Assembly: GCA_012295275.1 (NCBI GenBank)
Contig: CM022668.1
Coordinates: forward strand, 6,138,001-6,202,000
Direction of reading: 5' to 3'
DNA: 64,000 nucleotides
Source: Chrysomallon squamiferum
Lineage: Eukaryota > Animalia > Mollusca
Under the pieces are notes generated by a model. It searched no databases. It saw nothing but the letters and a program-made list of their open reading frames with translations, and was not told the origin of the DNA. A program made the position numbers and the translations under genes. This document shows, piece after piece, positions 45,614-61,789 of the stretch (position 1 is the stretch's first letter; the number at the start of each line of letters is the position of its first letter).

Positions 45614-47221
45614 GTCAACATTAACAGTATTCATGCTGTTGGTGCATGTAAAACAGATATATTATTAAATGCACTTACAAAACGAATTTGTCCTGATCAA
45701 ATCTGTGTGTGTACTTAAAAAGGTAGACAAGAAACCACTTTTATTATTGACCTGAGAGGTTGATCTATATTGATCTTTATTGAAGTGATTATTATTCTTA
45801 TTCTTACTGATTTATCAATGTATAGCATAATGATATTAAAGAGTGTAACAGATTTTCAGAGATTTTAAATTAATTTTTTACAGGAATGAACTGTAATAAA
45901 ATGTAAAAATAAAAATTAAAAAGATTAGAGAAAAAAAGAAAACAATATGGTACAATAGTAGTAATCTAAACAACAACAAACCCAACAATAACAAAACATA
46001 AAAAGCAATCAAAACGGAAAAATAAAATATAATATCATAAATTTAAATTAAATTAAAATTAAATAAATAAATGAATACTACTACTATTAGTAATACTAAT
46101 ATTACTAAATCAACTAATAATAGTATTTTAGATTGTACCTTTCACTTTACAAAATCCGATAGAATGATATTGAAAACAGTTTTGTAATTATGGAAAACAT
46201 TTCTTGAGGAATCCGGATTCACCAGGGCGTTACCTTTCATCCTTTTTGTTTATTCAGAATTCATGAGAACTGCTTAATACTGCATGAAGATACTTAAACT
46301 TTTCAATCCATTACTTTAGAAACAAGCACCTACATTGATCTGAGTACATCTACAGAAACAAAAGCAGTGAAACGGCTTTGATATGATAAAAGTCTGACTG
46401 CTTGATATTATTTTTATACTAAGAAAGCAATAAAGATTTAATTACGATATCAGATACATGGATTATGGTTTCTCTGCAGTGATCATAATCTGTGTACAAC
46501 ATATTGTGTACAGTTCTAAACAAGATTTATTTAATATTTAATTACTCCTGTATTTGTTCTGTCATAAAACGATCCGATTTCACTGACTGAATTCTATATT
46601 AATTGAATTTATTCATCCTACCTTTCATTCATTCATTTATTCATTTATCAGTGTATCAGTGTTTAGTTTCGTATCTATCGATATTTACATATCTATACAT
46701 TTTCTGTTTACCTAGATACTTAAATATTTAGCGACACATCTGTCTACCTTTCCATTAATATACATTAATCCGTCCATCCATACATACATCTTCCATGCGC
46801 CTATGTATCTCTGTGTTTATCTGTATATCTCTTTATGCATCTATATGCTATCTTTTTTATATATCTAACTGTATTGCCAGTCTGTACAATTCCTCTCTAT
46901 CTGTCTATCTGTATTCATATACATATTCATATAGATTTTCATATCCAAGAATAGACACTTAAAGATCGTCAAGTCAGTTCGCTGCGTTTCTATGAATATT
47001 TAATTCTCCACCGATCAAAACGGGTAAAATAGTCAATAAGCAGACACCTCCCATGACGATACGTCTATTTCAGAAGTTTTCTAACAACCAGAGAACAATT
47101 ACTCTAAACGCAGAAGTCAACGGTTTAACAGAGACAGCGGAACGAACGTAATATTCGAATCATAAGAAAGAAAACTTGATTTATTTTATTTGTTATTTTA
47201 AGATTCTTACAAATATTAAAA

Positions 47222-47762
47222 ATGAAATTTTCTGGATTTTATATCTTATTCGTTAATCACGTCATAGGTGTGATACATCGAGACATGGAATTTCGAAACC
47301 ACGTCATGACCACGACGTCTCCATCGTCGCTGTACGACTGTTCTGCTGCCTGTGTAGCTGATATGTGTTGTAAATCTTTTAACTTCTTCACGTCTACCCT
47401 GGAGTGTCAACTCAACTACAAAACAGAGGAAGAAAGTTCACAAGATTTTGTCACAAAGAAAGGATCAGTTTACCAAGACAAAGATTCTATAGACAAAGTG
47501 AGATATTTTAATTTTGTGCTTATTTTTATACATCTTCTACTGTTATTGCTGCTTCTATTACAGGTACCACAGTTCCACCACAACTACTACTATTAATACT
47601 GTTGTATTACCGGAACTACTACAAAATTATTTTATCACTATTGTTACGATTGCTACTACTACTGTTATTGTTACTATTAGTAAAGCTACTACAACTAATA
47701 CTGCATTGTTAATATTACTATAGATACACCTATGACTATTATTTTACTACTACTAACAGTAT

Positions 47763-47797
<35 letters not shown>

Positions 47798-47808
47798 TAT
47801 TTATTTTA

Positions 47809-47877
<69 letters not shown>

Positions 47878-49088
47878 CTTTGCAGACTGTATCTGGAATT
47901 TGTGGTACTGACGTCTGTCTGTCGTATCAAAAATGTCAAGTCACACGTATGAATGATGTGAAATGTGTATCACGTGACAGTGACGTAACACCATCAGCTA
48001 CTCAACCTTCCACACGTAAATCTAATCTAGACAAAGCACTCATAGATAAATTTGTTTTGTTCGTTTTCTCGATGAACAAATAACTTAGCCTACTAAAAGT
48101 ATTCATACATAGAAACCTGTATGAAAGTAACTAACACAAATATAAAGGAATAGTATGAAAGTTTGTAATTAAATTATGGTACAACTTTTCCTCGAATTAA
48201 CAGATTTTAATATTGGTTCATATTAAATAAGAAAATGTAGAATTGCATATTCTTCATAGGTTTTGTTCCTGATGTGATGCGAAACTGTTATGACGTCATG
48301 ATGACGTTTCCATGCTCTGGACATGCTGTGTGGAAGACATCTCAGGTTAACAACGTGCCAGCGTTTTGTGATATGTCAACTCTTAACGGTGGTTGGTTGG
48401 TTAGTAAGTTTATTTGTGTCCATTAGAAAAATTATATGTAAATGAATACAGACATACATACATAGGTACATACATACATAGGTTCATACTTACATACAAA
48501 TATATATAGATATATATTTACATACATACAAATATGTATACTTATATGCATACATATATAAAACACACATACACACATACATACACACATACTTACCTAC
48601 TTATTTACCTACGTCCATTTGTGTCTTAAACTAATGTGCAGATTATACAAAGACGGATGGACGGATCTACAGACTTCTACAGAACATGTCAGGAATACAA
48701 GGAAGGATTTGGAGATGTAGAAAGAGAATACTGGTTTGGTAAGAAATTGTTTACTATTTCATGAGATGCATCTATCAGGTAACTGTGACAAATAATTTTT
48801 GTGTTTTATGTTCAAAGAAAAATAAATATAAAGTCGTAGAATATTTTGATTCTTCTTTTTCTTCTTCTTCTTCTTCTTCTATTTCTTCTTTCTATTATTA
48901 TTATTATTACTGCTGTTGTTCAGGAAACGAGAACATCTACAAGATAACAAGTAAACAGGAATACGAGCTACGTGTTGATCTAGAAGACTTTGAAGGAAAC
49001 AAACGTTACGCGATGTACTCGACATTTTCACTGGGTAGTGAGGCGGAGAACTACACTCTACACATTGGATCTTACAGCGGAAACGCAG
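47222..49088 (+). CDS. F11: F6-type copy, exons 1-5 open; exon 6 presumably in the assembly gap
   Basis: Exons 47222-47497, 47886-48015, 48260-48399, 48642-48738, 48924-49088, all GT-AG and in frame. The N gap starts at 49329. Confidence 0.8.
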
Positions 49089-49328
49089 GTTGGTCTGGCA
49101 TCAGTCAATAGAAACAATAAAAATATATTCTTGTATTATAATATGCTGATGATACAAAGTAATATCTATGATAAAATTTAGTGTATATGTTCAATCAAAA
49201 ATCTGTTAACCGAATATCAAATCAACTAGCATGTTCAATGTTCTTTCTGTGAGGTATTTAATTTAGTAAAACGTCATAACCGTTCTGTTCCAGTCTTTGT
49301 TTAGAACAAGCCAAACAGACCCAACGAA

Positions 49329-49528
49329 NNNNNNNNNNNNNNNNNNNNNNNNNNNNNNNNNNNNNNNNNNNNNNNNNNNNNNNNNNNNNNNNNNNNNNNN
49401 NNNNNNNNNNNNNNNNNNNNNNNNNNNNNNNNNNNNNNNNNNNNNNNNNNNNNNNNNNNNNNNNNNNNNNNNNNNNNNNNNNNNNNNNNNNNNNNNNNNN
49501 NNNNNNNNNNNNNNNNNNNNNNNNNNNN
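49329..49528. other. Assembly gap (200 N)
   Basis: Run of exactly 200 N, probably a fixed-size scaffold gap. Confidence 0.99.
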
Positions 49529-50599
49529 TTTAATATTTAATTACATGTGTATGACTGACGATTTCTACTGCTGTGTTTGTTCTGTCATAAAATGATTCCA
49601 TTTCACTGACTGACTTCTATATTAATTGAATTTATTCATCCATCCATTCATTCGTTACTCCTTGATCAGTGTATTTGTTTTCTATCTATCGATATTTACT
49701 TATCTATACATTTTCTGTTTACGTAGATACTTATATATTTAGCGACACATCTATCTACCTTTCTATTAATCTATTGATCCATCCATCCATCCATGCATCT
49801 CTCCATGTGCCTATGTATCTCTCTATTTATATGTATATCTCTCTATCCATCTATCTATCAGCTTACTTATATACCGAACTGTATTGCCAGTCTGTGAATC
49901 TCCCCCTCTCTCTTTGTATACATACACATATTCATATAGATATTTATATAGATACTTACATATATACATAAAATAATTTATCGAAATACATTTAGTTAAT
50001 TTAATTACTGTTTTTAAAAAAGAAATTAAAACAACTACTATTTCAGCCAAAAAGAAATAACAGGTTACTGCTTTAAGATATCACCTTTGTTTTGGTGGAG
50101 ATAAATAGCTAACGCAGCTTGGTAAAGCCTCGCTGCATTTGGTATTCCAACCTTCGCAGTTATCGTCGTGCTCATATATATATGTAGCATATATTCCGCA
50201 ATAAATGAAAATCTAAAATGACTGTCAGATAAATAAACAGACAGATCGATATATATGTAAATATATAGTTGCATCTGGATACAGTACGTAAATTCACATA
50301 AGTAAATTAGACAATTAGCGATCGTTAAGTCAGTTCGCTGCGTCTGTATGAATGTTTAATTCTTCACCAATTAAAACAGACAAAACAGCCAATAAGCAAT
50401 CACATAAACAGACGCCTCTCGATGTCGATACGTCTATTTGTGAAGTATTATAAGAAACCAGAGAACTACGGACAATTAGCCTGAACTCAGAAATCAACGG
50501 TTTAACGGAGACAGCTTAAAGAACATAATATTCGAATCATAAAAAAGAAAAACTGGATTTATTTTATTTCTTATTTTTACATTCTTACAAAGATTAAAA

Positions 50600-51153
50600 A
50601 TGAAATTTTCTGGAATTTATATCTTATTCGTTAATCACGTCATAGGTGTGATACATCGAGACATGGAATTTCGAAACCACGTCATGACCACGACGTCTCA
50701 GTCGTCGTTGTATGACTGTTCTGCTGCCTGTGTAGCTGATATGTGTTGTGAATCCTTTAACTTCTTCACGTCTACCCTGGAGTGTCAACTCAACTACAAA
50801 ACAAAGGAAGAAAGTTCACAAGATTTTGTCACAAAGACAGGATCACTTTACCAAGACAAATATTCTATAGCCAAGGTGAGATATTTTAATTTCTTGTTTA
50901 TTTTATTACAACAACAATTACTACTACTGCTATTACTACTACTACTACTGCTGCTTCTAATACTACTAGTACTACAATTACTACTGGTAATATAACGATT
51001 GCTATTGTTACTACTACTTCTGTTACGAATAGTATTATCGCGACTACTTTTACTACTACTATTACTACAACTAATTTTGAGACTACTATTATGACTATCT
51101 CTACTTCTATTATAGCTACGACAGTTCCATCACAACTACTACTATTACTATTA

Positions 51154-51184
<31 letters not shown>

Positions 51185-51346
51185 GTTGTTGTTATTGTAA
51201 CGATTACTCCTACTACTGATATTGTTACTACGAGTAACACTACTACAACTTATACTGTATTGTTAATAGTAATATAGATGCACCAATGACTATTATTTTA
51301 CTATTGTTAATATGGCTGATATTATCACTATTACTACTAGTAGTGG

Positions 51347-51394
<48 letters not shown>

Positions 51395-52552
51395 TTTTAA
51401 TTCTTAATTTTGTTTTATTTTATCATATTTTATTTTACTTTATTTTATTTTATTTCATTTATTTATTTATTATTTGCTATTTGCAGACTGTAACTGGAAT
51501 TTGTGATACGGATGTCTGTCTGTCGTATCGAAAAATGTCAAGTCACACGTATGAATGATGCGAAATGTGTATCACGTGACAGTGACGTAACACCATCAGC
51601 TACACAACCCTCCACTGGTAAATGTAATTTAGACAAAGCACTGATAGATACATTTGTTTTGTCCGTTTTCTGGATGAACGAATAACTTAGTCTACTAAAA
51701 GTGTTCATACATAGAAACCTGTATATTTATATTTGAAAGTAATTAACAAAAGCATAAAAGAATAGTACCAAAGTTTATAATTAAATAACGGTATAGCTTT
51801 TACTCTAAAATAACAGACTTTAATAATGGTTCATATTAAATAAGAAAATGAAGAAATTACATATTCTTCATAGATCATGGTCCTGATGTGACACGAAACT
51901 GTTATGACGTCATGATGTCGTATCCCTGCTCTGGACCTGCTGTATTGACGTCATCTGAGGTTCACAACGTGATAGTGTTTTGTGACATGTCAACTCTTTA
52001 CGGTGGTTGGTTGGTAAGTAGGGACCAGTCATTTTAGAGGTTATTTTATTTGTATTAATTTATTATTTCTTCATTCGATCATTCATCCATTCATTGATTC
52101 ATTAATTAGTTCATTAAATGATTCACTTATTTATTTATTCATATCTTTATTTGTTATTGTTGCTTTACTTCTTTTCATTAGTAAAATGTAATACACATAT
52201 TTACACGAATACAAACAGACATACATTGATACATACATACATATATACAAATATGCATACATTCATGCATAGATTCATAAAACACACATACTTACCTACT
52301 TATTTACCAACGTCCATTTTTGCCTTAAACTAACGCACAGATTATACAAAGACGGATGGACGGATCTACAGACTTCTACAGAACATGGCAGGAATACAAG
52401 GAAGGATTTGGAGATGTAGAAAGAGAATACTGGTTGGGTAAGAATTTGATTACTAGTTGATGAGATAATTCCATCACATAACTGTGATAAATAATTTTTG
52501 TGTTTTATGTTCAAAGAAAAATGATACCTCAATATAGAGTCTTAGAATATCA

Positions 52553-52597
<45 letters not shown>

Positions 52598-52611
52598 TTA
52601 TTATTGTTATT

Positions 52612-52642
<31 letters not shown>

Positions 52643-53531
52643 GTTGTTGTTGTTGTTGTTATTGCTGTTGTTCAGGAAACGAGAACATCTACAAGATAAC
52701 AAGTAAACAGGAATACGAGCTACGTGTTGATCTAGAAGACTTTGAAGGAAACAAACGTTACGCGATGTACTCGACATTTTCACTGGGTAGTGAGGCGGAG
52801 AACTACACTCTACACATTGGACCTTACAGCGGAAACGCAGGTTGGACTTGTAACAAGCTAAAACAGACTGAATGAATATATATATATATTTATGTTTGTC
52901 TATATGTGTCTATATGCAGTTATGTCTGTAAGAAAACGTGTGCCTGTCTGTGTCTATGTATGTATGTGTGTCTGTGAATGTTTGAATATATTTCTCTCTC
53001 AGCATATATCTGTATATAAATGTGTTTCTTTGTCAGTTTGTTTGTTTGTACGTACGTCTGTCATTTCTTTATCATTGTGGCTTGGATTATAACTGAGTTT
53101 CTGTGTTAATGTATTTCTACATTTGTGCGTGTATCTGTGTATTGGAGATTGTACTTGTATGTATAAGTAGTTTTTGCCAAAAGTGAAAAAAATTTCGTAC
53201 GAATATTGCTCTTGCTATTATTTCGCAGTAACAATGATAATTGGCAATTATACTTTTTTCCCGTTCCAAAGGTGACTCACTTTCCGGGCACAATGCTCAG
53301 TCTTTTACAACTAAGGATAAGGATCAGGATACGCATTCTTCAAACTGTGCCGAAAAGTATCATGGAGCGTGGTGGTACAAACGCTGTCACCGTTCAAATC
53401 TAAACGGCTTGTACCTGGGAGGCCTTACTACGGTATACGCGAAAGGAGTTACTTGGAGTTCGTGGAGAGGCCAGTACTACTCCTTGAAGAGAACTGAAAT
53501 GAAAATAAGACCACTTTTGTCTGGAAAATAA
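50600..53531 (+). pseudogene. F12: F5-type copy with a single +1 frameshift in exon 2 (pseudogene or sequence error)
   Basis: Exons 50600-50875, 51487-51617 (131 nt; tatcGaaaaatgt vs tatcaaaaatgt), 51874-52013, 52341-52437, 52676-52840, 53272-53531. All splice sites are intact. Confidence 0.75.
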
Positions 53532-54111
53532 TACTAGTTTTTTCTCGAAAATAAACCAGTTTATTGTTGAAGATAAAAGAAATTACGTATTGAAGTTAAG
53601 ATCAGATTAGCTTTGAAGATAAATTTCATATTCTTCGTTTAAGTCTTGTACAGGCTTTAATATTTCTGGACCGAATGAAGACGTTTATTTCATTGCTTTA
53701 AAATTCTGTATGTAAGTTTCTAATTGTTCATTTATTATTTCTTTTTTTACACGTGTGTTCATTTGTTTCGTTTTTGCTTAGAGGGACTAATTTTTAATGA
53801 GCTACTGTTTTTCGACATTTTAAATAAAAACATATAATTTCAAATAACTATTGTTGTGAATTTTTATCAACTGATGTTTTATTTAATAACATTAAAGCTT
53901 TGGGACATGACATTTTGCACACAAACACACAGACAGACATTGACAGACACAGAAAAAGAGACAGTGACTAAGAGGAATGTGGGAAAGAATGAGAAGTATA
54001 AGGATGGAAAGAAAGGGAAAGAAAGATCGACCTTCCTTCATTCGTTCGTTAATCGGTTCATTCATAATGCATATACATATACCTACCTACATACATACAT
54101 ATAGATATAAG

Positions 54112-54572
54112 AAAGTAAGTAAGGAATTAAATAAATAAATAGATAAATAAATAAAAAGAGGATATGTAAATATATTATAATATGAACTGATAAAATAAAC
54201 TATATATTCTAGTGACCTTTTTTAACCCTGTTCGTTCCTTCAAGTTTTTCGTATTTATTATAAAATTTCCTTTTCTGTTTTCTCTGTCTCACTTACGATT
54301 ATTATTAGTATTATAAAACTGTACGGTGAACAAAGTCAAGAAGAGAAAAGAAAATAACTAAATAAACAATTTTGAACTTAAGAGATAACTTTCAAACGGC
54401 AGTGCATTTTCCAGTGTTTAAACTGATGGCCGCGTATTGAATACTGACAGTGTAACTTACGTTATAGATAAAAATAACAACAGTTTCCCGAGGAATACTA
54501 AACTTCTAGGAATATATTAGTTTATATTACCTTTCTCTCCTTGCTTATGTTAAACCTTTACATTTTGTTTCT
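54112..54572. repeat. ~460-bp repeat, inverted relative to ~57962-58420
   Basis: cagtttcccgaggaatactaaacttctaggaatatattag (54481) is the reverse complement of ctaatatattcctagaagtttagtattcctcgggaaactg (58015); the similarity extends on both sides. Confidence 0.85.
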
Positions 54573-54595
54573 TTTATATATATATATATATATAT

Positions 54596-54676
<81 letters not shown>

Positions 54677-55092
54677 AGTTCCAAACATTTCATCAGTCTT
54701 TGTTCTAATGGAACATTTCATAAATCTTATGGAATAATTCAGGTCGGAACATTTCACCACAGTATCGGACAATACATGATTATTATTATTGTTGTTTTAA
54801 ATAGAACAGTACTAATAACAACTGTAATTACTAAAGAAGCAGCAGCAGTAGTAATGTAACAGCAGCCGTAGTATTTCTGGTAGCAGTAACAGTCGTAGTA
54901 ACTTTGACTGCTATTGTAGAGTAGTAAAATAATAGTTATAGCAGTAGGAATGTTTATGTCTTATAGTAATACTACAAGTAATCATGTGAAATATTACTAC
55001 AAGAAATAACATAAGTATCTATAATAGAAGTTATCATGACGATAATAAAAATAATAATGATGATCATAATGATGACGATAACCATGTTTATA

Positions 55093-55142
<50 letters not shown>

Positions 55143-55172
55143 TACTACAACTACTACTACTACTACTACTAC

Positions 55173-55223
<51 letters not shown>

Positions 55224-55533
55224 CGACTTCATTAAAATAAGTTGTAGTGGTGGTATAGGTGAGGCAGTATAAACAATAACAGTATCTTTAACAAGAACAA
55301 TTTTGTTTTTTATATTCTTTCTTCGATTAGACTTATGCTGAATTCGCTGGAGCATGTAGAACAGATATATTATTAAATGCACTTACAAAACGAATTTCTG
55401 TTGATCCAACGCAGTATTTGCATTTGAAAAGAGGAAAACGAGAAATCACTTGAATATTTTATTATTGACGTTAGAGATGGATCTTTCAAAGCCACTGTTC
55501 TGGATCTGTATTGAAGTATTTCTTCTTCTTCTT

Positions 55534-55595
<62 letters not shown>

Positions 55596-55671
55596 TATTG
55601 TGATGTTTTATTTTTGTTGTTATTATGACCACGGCTATCACTGTTACCGCTGCTTCTAACATAATCATCAC

Positions 55672-55713
<42 letters not shown>

Positions 55714-56961
55714 CTGTTTCATTGTCGTTTTACTTGGAAACATTTTTAACATAAGTTCGTTACATTTTGGACAATTTTCGATTCACTTCCATTTCTGTAT
55801 AGTTATATATAATTAATTTAATTACATTAATTACAGAAAATATAAATTTATCCATTTATTAAATGTTTATTTTATTCATTGTGAAATTAAAAACAAAATA
55901 AAATTAAAATAACAAATATCTTTAGCTTCTAGTTTACAGTAGTCTGTTGTATACAACTGTCTGGTGTATGATCATAATGATGATATAAATTAAACGAAGT
56001 AAATACATAAAAATTAGGAAAGAAAAAAATACATAAAACGAAGGAATGCATGAATGTATGAATGAACGAAGAAACAAATAGATAATTAAATACATAAATT
56101 AAAATTGAAAGTCTTTAATAATAATCCTATTCATGAAAAATCACTATTTACACGAGACACACAGAACAGACTCGACACTGCGGATCATGCACAGGTTTTG
56201 CTTGTTTTCTTAATCAGATGAAAATAAACGTCTGAATAGCGCTCTAGGTTTACAATGACATGTTCGAGCGGCAGCCTAACTCGATCACTGTGCTGTGTCA
56301 TTCTGTAGTTTTATTTGTGGCTCAGGGGTTAGAGGTGTCGCCTTGTAAAGGGGGGGGGATAACCCACTTCTTGGCCTCGCTTAAATTGTTATATATATTT
56401 CAATGAATACCCTGCGATTGGTTTATCCAGGACGCACTGTTTGGGAAGGTGCCAAGAAAAGATTTCTTCCTGCTAATGACTAGACTTAAGGTTAAGAAAT
56501 CAGTTATCTCGTTAGTGTCATAACATGTTCTAAAAGTAGAGTTCTCGTTTTTCACAGATTACGTCATTTAAAGTTTCTGGAGTAAATTATGTATAGTCTC
56601 AAGGATTCGCATCAATTAAGGTTCATCAAACGATGTTCCGGGTATTTGAAGATAAATTATCTTCCTTTCACTAATTCTTTTTCAGTATATATTACGAAAA
56701 AGAAAAAAAAAGTTTTCTTAGAAGTTTTTACAAAATGGCAACAATTTAGTGAATTTTATGAATAAGCGGCTCCATAAAAATTGCTCCGTAGTTATCGAAA
56801 CGTCACGTGATGCAAAGAACAGGTCAGGGGCGGAAAGATTAACGAATATCGAATGCTAAAGAAGGTTTGTTAATGATATATATATATATATTTTTGTACT
56901 ATTGCGTGCTTTAGATTGGAACCAGAATTCTTAAATTATGCTGCAGAAATATCTTTAATGG

Positions 56962-57245
<284 letters not shown>

Positions 57246-57656
57246 ATATGTATAATCATGGATTTTGAATATTGTATGGCACCCATTCGCCCGCACTCCG
57301 AGTGCTGTCGATGTCACCGTTCGGCCACTGTGACAACCTTAAAAAAAGTTTCTCAGTAACCGAGGATAATCATCACTTTCCACGAAGCCGTTCTTTCTCT
57401 TTCGTCATTCTTGCGTGAAACCTGGCACTGGCAGGTTTGTAGTTTTGTTTGAATATTCTCTGAGTTATGTACGTCTGATTACACTGGGCACTTAGTCAAT
57501 ATTCAAGAACGCAGTGACACAGACAGACAAAGTTCAGTCACGACTTCACCAACCCCGTCAGAAACCGCTGACGAGACTCGAACGTACGGCAATCATTCGC
57601 CCGCACCCCCAAGGCGGATCATGTTACCATGTGTGTGTCTGTGTGTGCTGTATGCG

Positions 57657-57696
<40 letters not shown>

Positions 57697-58709
57697 ATGT
57701 GTGTGTGTGTGTGTGTGTGAGTGTCTGTGTGTATTATGTAAATATATGTGTGGTTATATTTGTGTATGGATGTATGTATGCCCGTTTGCATATGCGTACA
57801 CACGCATTATACATATATAGAGATGCGGAAAGAGAAACTTACAGAAACACACACACACACGCACACATACACATAGCTAGAAAACAGACAGATAATTAAA
57901 TAGCTATACGCATTGAGAAATAATAAAATTACAAAAGTGATAAATAAAATAAAAATAATAAAACAAATAAAATGTAAAGGTTTAACAAAAGCAAGGACAG
58001 AAAGGTGATATGAACTAATATATTCCTAGAAGTTTAGTATTCCTCGGGAAACTGTTGTTATTTTTATCTATAACGGAAGTTACATTGTTAGTATTGGATA
58101 CCCGGCCATTAGTTTAATCACTGAAAAACACACTGCTGTTTGCAAGTTATCTCGTAACTTCAGTATTGTTTATTTAGTTATTTTGTTTTGTCATTTTTAA
58201 TTTGTGCACCGTACAGTTTTATAAAAAAAAATAATAATAATCGTAAGGGAGAGAGAGAGAAAATAGAAAAGAAAATTTAATAAAAAATACGAAGAACTTG
58301 AAGAAACGAAAAGGGATTCAAGAATGTAAGTACAATATATAGTTTATTTTATTAGTTCATATTATAATATATTTATATATCCTCTTTTTATTTATTTATT
58401 TATTTAATTAATTCCGTACTGATTTATTCATATATCTGAAACTGAAAACTCACCAAGTCTATTAAATAACTCCTCTATCAACAATGAGAGTTAGTTAATA
58501 ATAATAATTAAAAAATTAATTAATTAATTAATTAATAAAAGTATTTTTAATGACTTTTTTAATGTATAGTTAATAAAACTGGGACACTTAAGACATTATT
58601 TTCTTATATTAACCTTTTGACGGAACCCAAATAAACTTTAAGAAACTGGAATAAAACAAATATATGTTAAAAAATAAATAAATAAATAAATAAAGATTAA
58701 CAAATAGAA

Positions 58710-58787
<78 letters not shown>

Positions 58788-59134
58788 ACATAAAGGATAA
58801 TGACAATGAAATACATATATAAATAATAATTTAAGAAGTAAAACATTTAATATTGAGAGGTAAGACTTCACAATATCTATTTTTCTAAGTTAACTGCTCG
58901 TTTCTTGATCAACTGTCATTTGAGTGGTTTGTTTCAGAGATGTGATTATTATATAACTGTATCTCACACACTTGTAACAGAAGACTGAGACCCACGCCTC
59001 ACTGACTCCGTTGCTTTGTTAGTTTGTTCTATAAACCTTTGTATTTCAATCCAGACACGTTGAACTGTTTGCTTTGTTTTTGTTTATCTAATCTATATAT
59101 ATATATGTGTATATCTATATATATGTCTCTAAAC

Positions 59135-59167
<33 letters not shown>

Positions 59168-59257
59168 GGTATGTGTGGGTATGTGTATAGATTTTTGAAT
59201 GTTTAGTAATGATAATAATAACAGTGGCACTAGTAGTGGTAGTAGTTAGAGTAGTTA

Positions 59258-59288
<31 letters not shown>

Positions 59289-59747
59289 AAAGTGATAATG
59301 ATGATGACAATCATTATGGTGATGATAATGACAATAATCATACATTTTTAGTAGTAATAATAGTAGTAGTAATGGTGGTAGTAGAAGCAAATAATGATGA
59401 TGAAAAAAAATAAAGAGTGAACTACTTACTGTATTAGACATAAACTGAATTCAAGTGATAGCCTCACAGACACTGCATTGTTTACACTATTGACATCTTC
59501 AAGTTTGTCCATCTGTCTGTCTGTCCAAACATCTTCTACCTGTTAGTGTGTCTGTCCAAACATCTACAACCTGTTTATGTGTGTGTCTAAACATCTAGAA
59601 CGTGTTTGTGTGTCTGAAAGGACTTTTTTCTTCAGTTTTGTGTCAGTGGTTTTAGCATGTTTCTGTATGTTTCTCTGCGGCTGTACATGATAATGATGAA
59701 CAAATAGAATGTTATATTTAATTTTTAACTTTTCTTTGTTATTTTAG

Positions 59748-60996
59748 GTCAGATGAAATAATTGGCGCGCTGCCAAAGATCAAACTACTACGACCGGTCC
59801 GTGACGACGACAAAGTCGACCGTCTTCATTATGTCGTAGTAGCTGCATTACTGCTGTCGATGGCGGTGTTTGTGGGCACGGCTAAGCTGGTAGGCGATCC
59901 TATTCACTGCTGGGTTCCAGCCGAATACGCGACAGAACCAGACCAGTTCACTGCTTACGTCAATGCTTTCTGCTGGATATCGTCAATGTATCACGTGACC
60001 ATGAATGAACCAATCCCCGTTGAGCAACCAGATCGACAGAAAACGAGAATACCTTTCTATCCCTGGGTAGCTATAATGTTCATGGTTCAGGCATTGCTGT
60101 TTTTTCTGCCGCATCTTTTCTGGAAATCGCTAAATGCTCAGTGCGGGGTGAATATCAAACTCATCATTGAGAAGACAATAGATGCTGATTTGGAACACAC
60201 TGATGTAAAGGAAAGACAAGAGATTCTGAGTCAAACAGCTGTCTACATAGACAGATTCAGAGACATGTTTTCTAAAAAATTCCTATCTATCGGTACCAAG
60301 TCTGGGTCCTATCTCGTTCAGCTGTTTCTTTTGAAAAAGATTCTCTACCTCGTCAACGTCATCGTTCAGTTTCCTCTGCTCTCAACGTTCTTGGAAATTG
60401 ACTACTACACCTACGGGATCGAGGTCGTTTCATCTCTCTCACAAAACCAATTCTGGATCGATTCCCGTCACTTCCCGAGAATTTCGCTCTGTGACTTCGA
60501 GATCCGACAACTTCAGAACGTCCAGAAGTGGACAGTGCAGTGTGTCTTGACCATCAACCTCTTTCTGGAGAAGATGTACATACTCCTTTGGTTCATCTTT
60601 GCTTTGCTGGCAGTAGCAACCGTCCTTAGCCTCATCTCATGGACATCCGAGTTAATCATCGTTTCTAAACGAGAGAGATTTCTCGAGAAATACCGAGTCA
60701 GTATGAAAAATATGCTAGCAGACGACATGGGTCTTTTTCACACATTCTGCCGAAGTTATTTGCAGAAGGACGGTATTTTCTTGTTGAGGATGTTGGAGAG
60801 GAACACCTCGTACCTAATATCACAGGATGTCTTTAATTTGCTGTGGGTGATATTTCTGTGGAGGAGTCGAAGGCTGGAAGATTGGAATGCTGGGAATGTT
60901 AGTGACGTAACAGAGGAGTTCTGGAAAAAATGTGGAAAGATGAATTTGAAGAAGAATCATCTACAAAATAACACGGAACTTTCTGTAAATCTGTAA
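59748..60996 (+). CDS. inx: Innexin (invertebrate gap-junction/hemichannel protein), one long coding exon; the true start is probably on an upstream exon
   Basis: The frame is open from the acceptor ttttag|G (59746-47): SDEIIGALPKIKLLRPVRDDDKVDRLHY, TM1, GDPIHCWVP...YVNAFCW, FYPWV...FFLPHLFW, HFPRISLCDF...QCVLTINLFLEKMYILLWF, YLQKDGIFLL. It has four TM segments and two Cys per extracellular loop. The symbol is family-level only. Confidence 0.93.
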
Positions 60997-61225
60997 AATT
61001 ATTGATAAATTGCTGTCTTCTGAGGAAATCAAACAAATAATGTAAATATGTTTAACATTAGTTTACATCAGTGATTCCCAACATGAAGCAAAACCACTGG
61101 TTTATGTGAATGTTTTATTTTGTTTTAAGCGTGCAGATATATGACAGTATTACATTCCAAGATTAACATTTTTCTTTATTTAAAACAATATCCAGATGTA
61201 ACACCTACTTATCTTTCTGAAGTTT

Positions 61226-61298
<73 letters not shown>

Positions 61299-61483
61299 GA
61301 ATAATGGTGATGATAATGGTAATAAGTGGTAATAATAATAATAATAATAGTATAGTCGTGGATATATGGTAGTGATAATAACAACTAAAAAATAAAACAG
61401 AAAAAAGTGATAATAACAGAAAACAAAAATAAAGCCGTAACAAAATGAAAAGAGTGGTAAGAGTGAGAGAGAGAGAGAAGAGA

Positions 61484-61626
<143 letters not shown>

Positions 61627-61789
61627 ATCATGTTTTTTCACTATGACATTCCTTCTCAGATCATTCATTGGTTCATTCGTCCATTCATTCATTCATTCAT
61701 TTTCATTCATTCATTCATTCATTCATTTTTCATTCATTTGTTCACATACTCTTGACATGGATGACAAAATTCGCATGTTTCGTTTCGAA

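Noticed and set aside
56150-56860. GC-richer unique stretch as a transposon or RNA gene
   Set aside because: I could recognise no ORF, terminal repeats or tRNA/snRNA motifs; a repeat-library or Rfam search would be needed.
60513-60728. 71-aa antisense ORF inside the innexin
   Set aside because: It is a short shadow ORF with no independent support.
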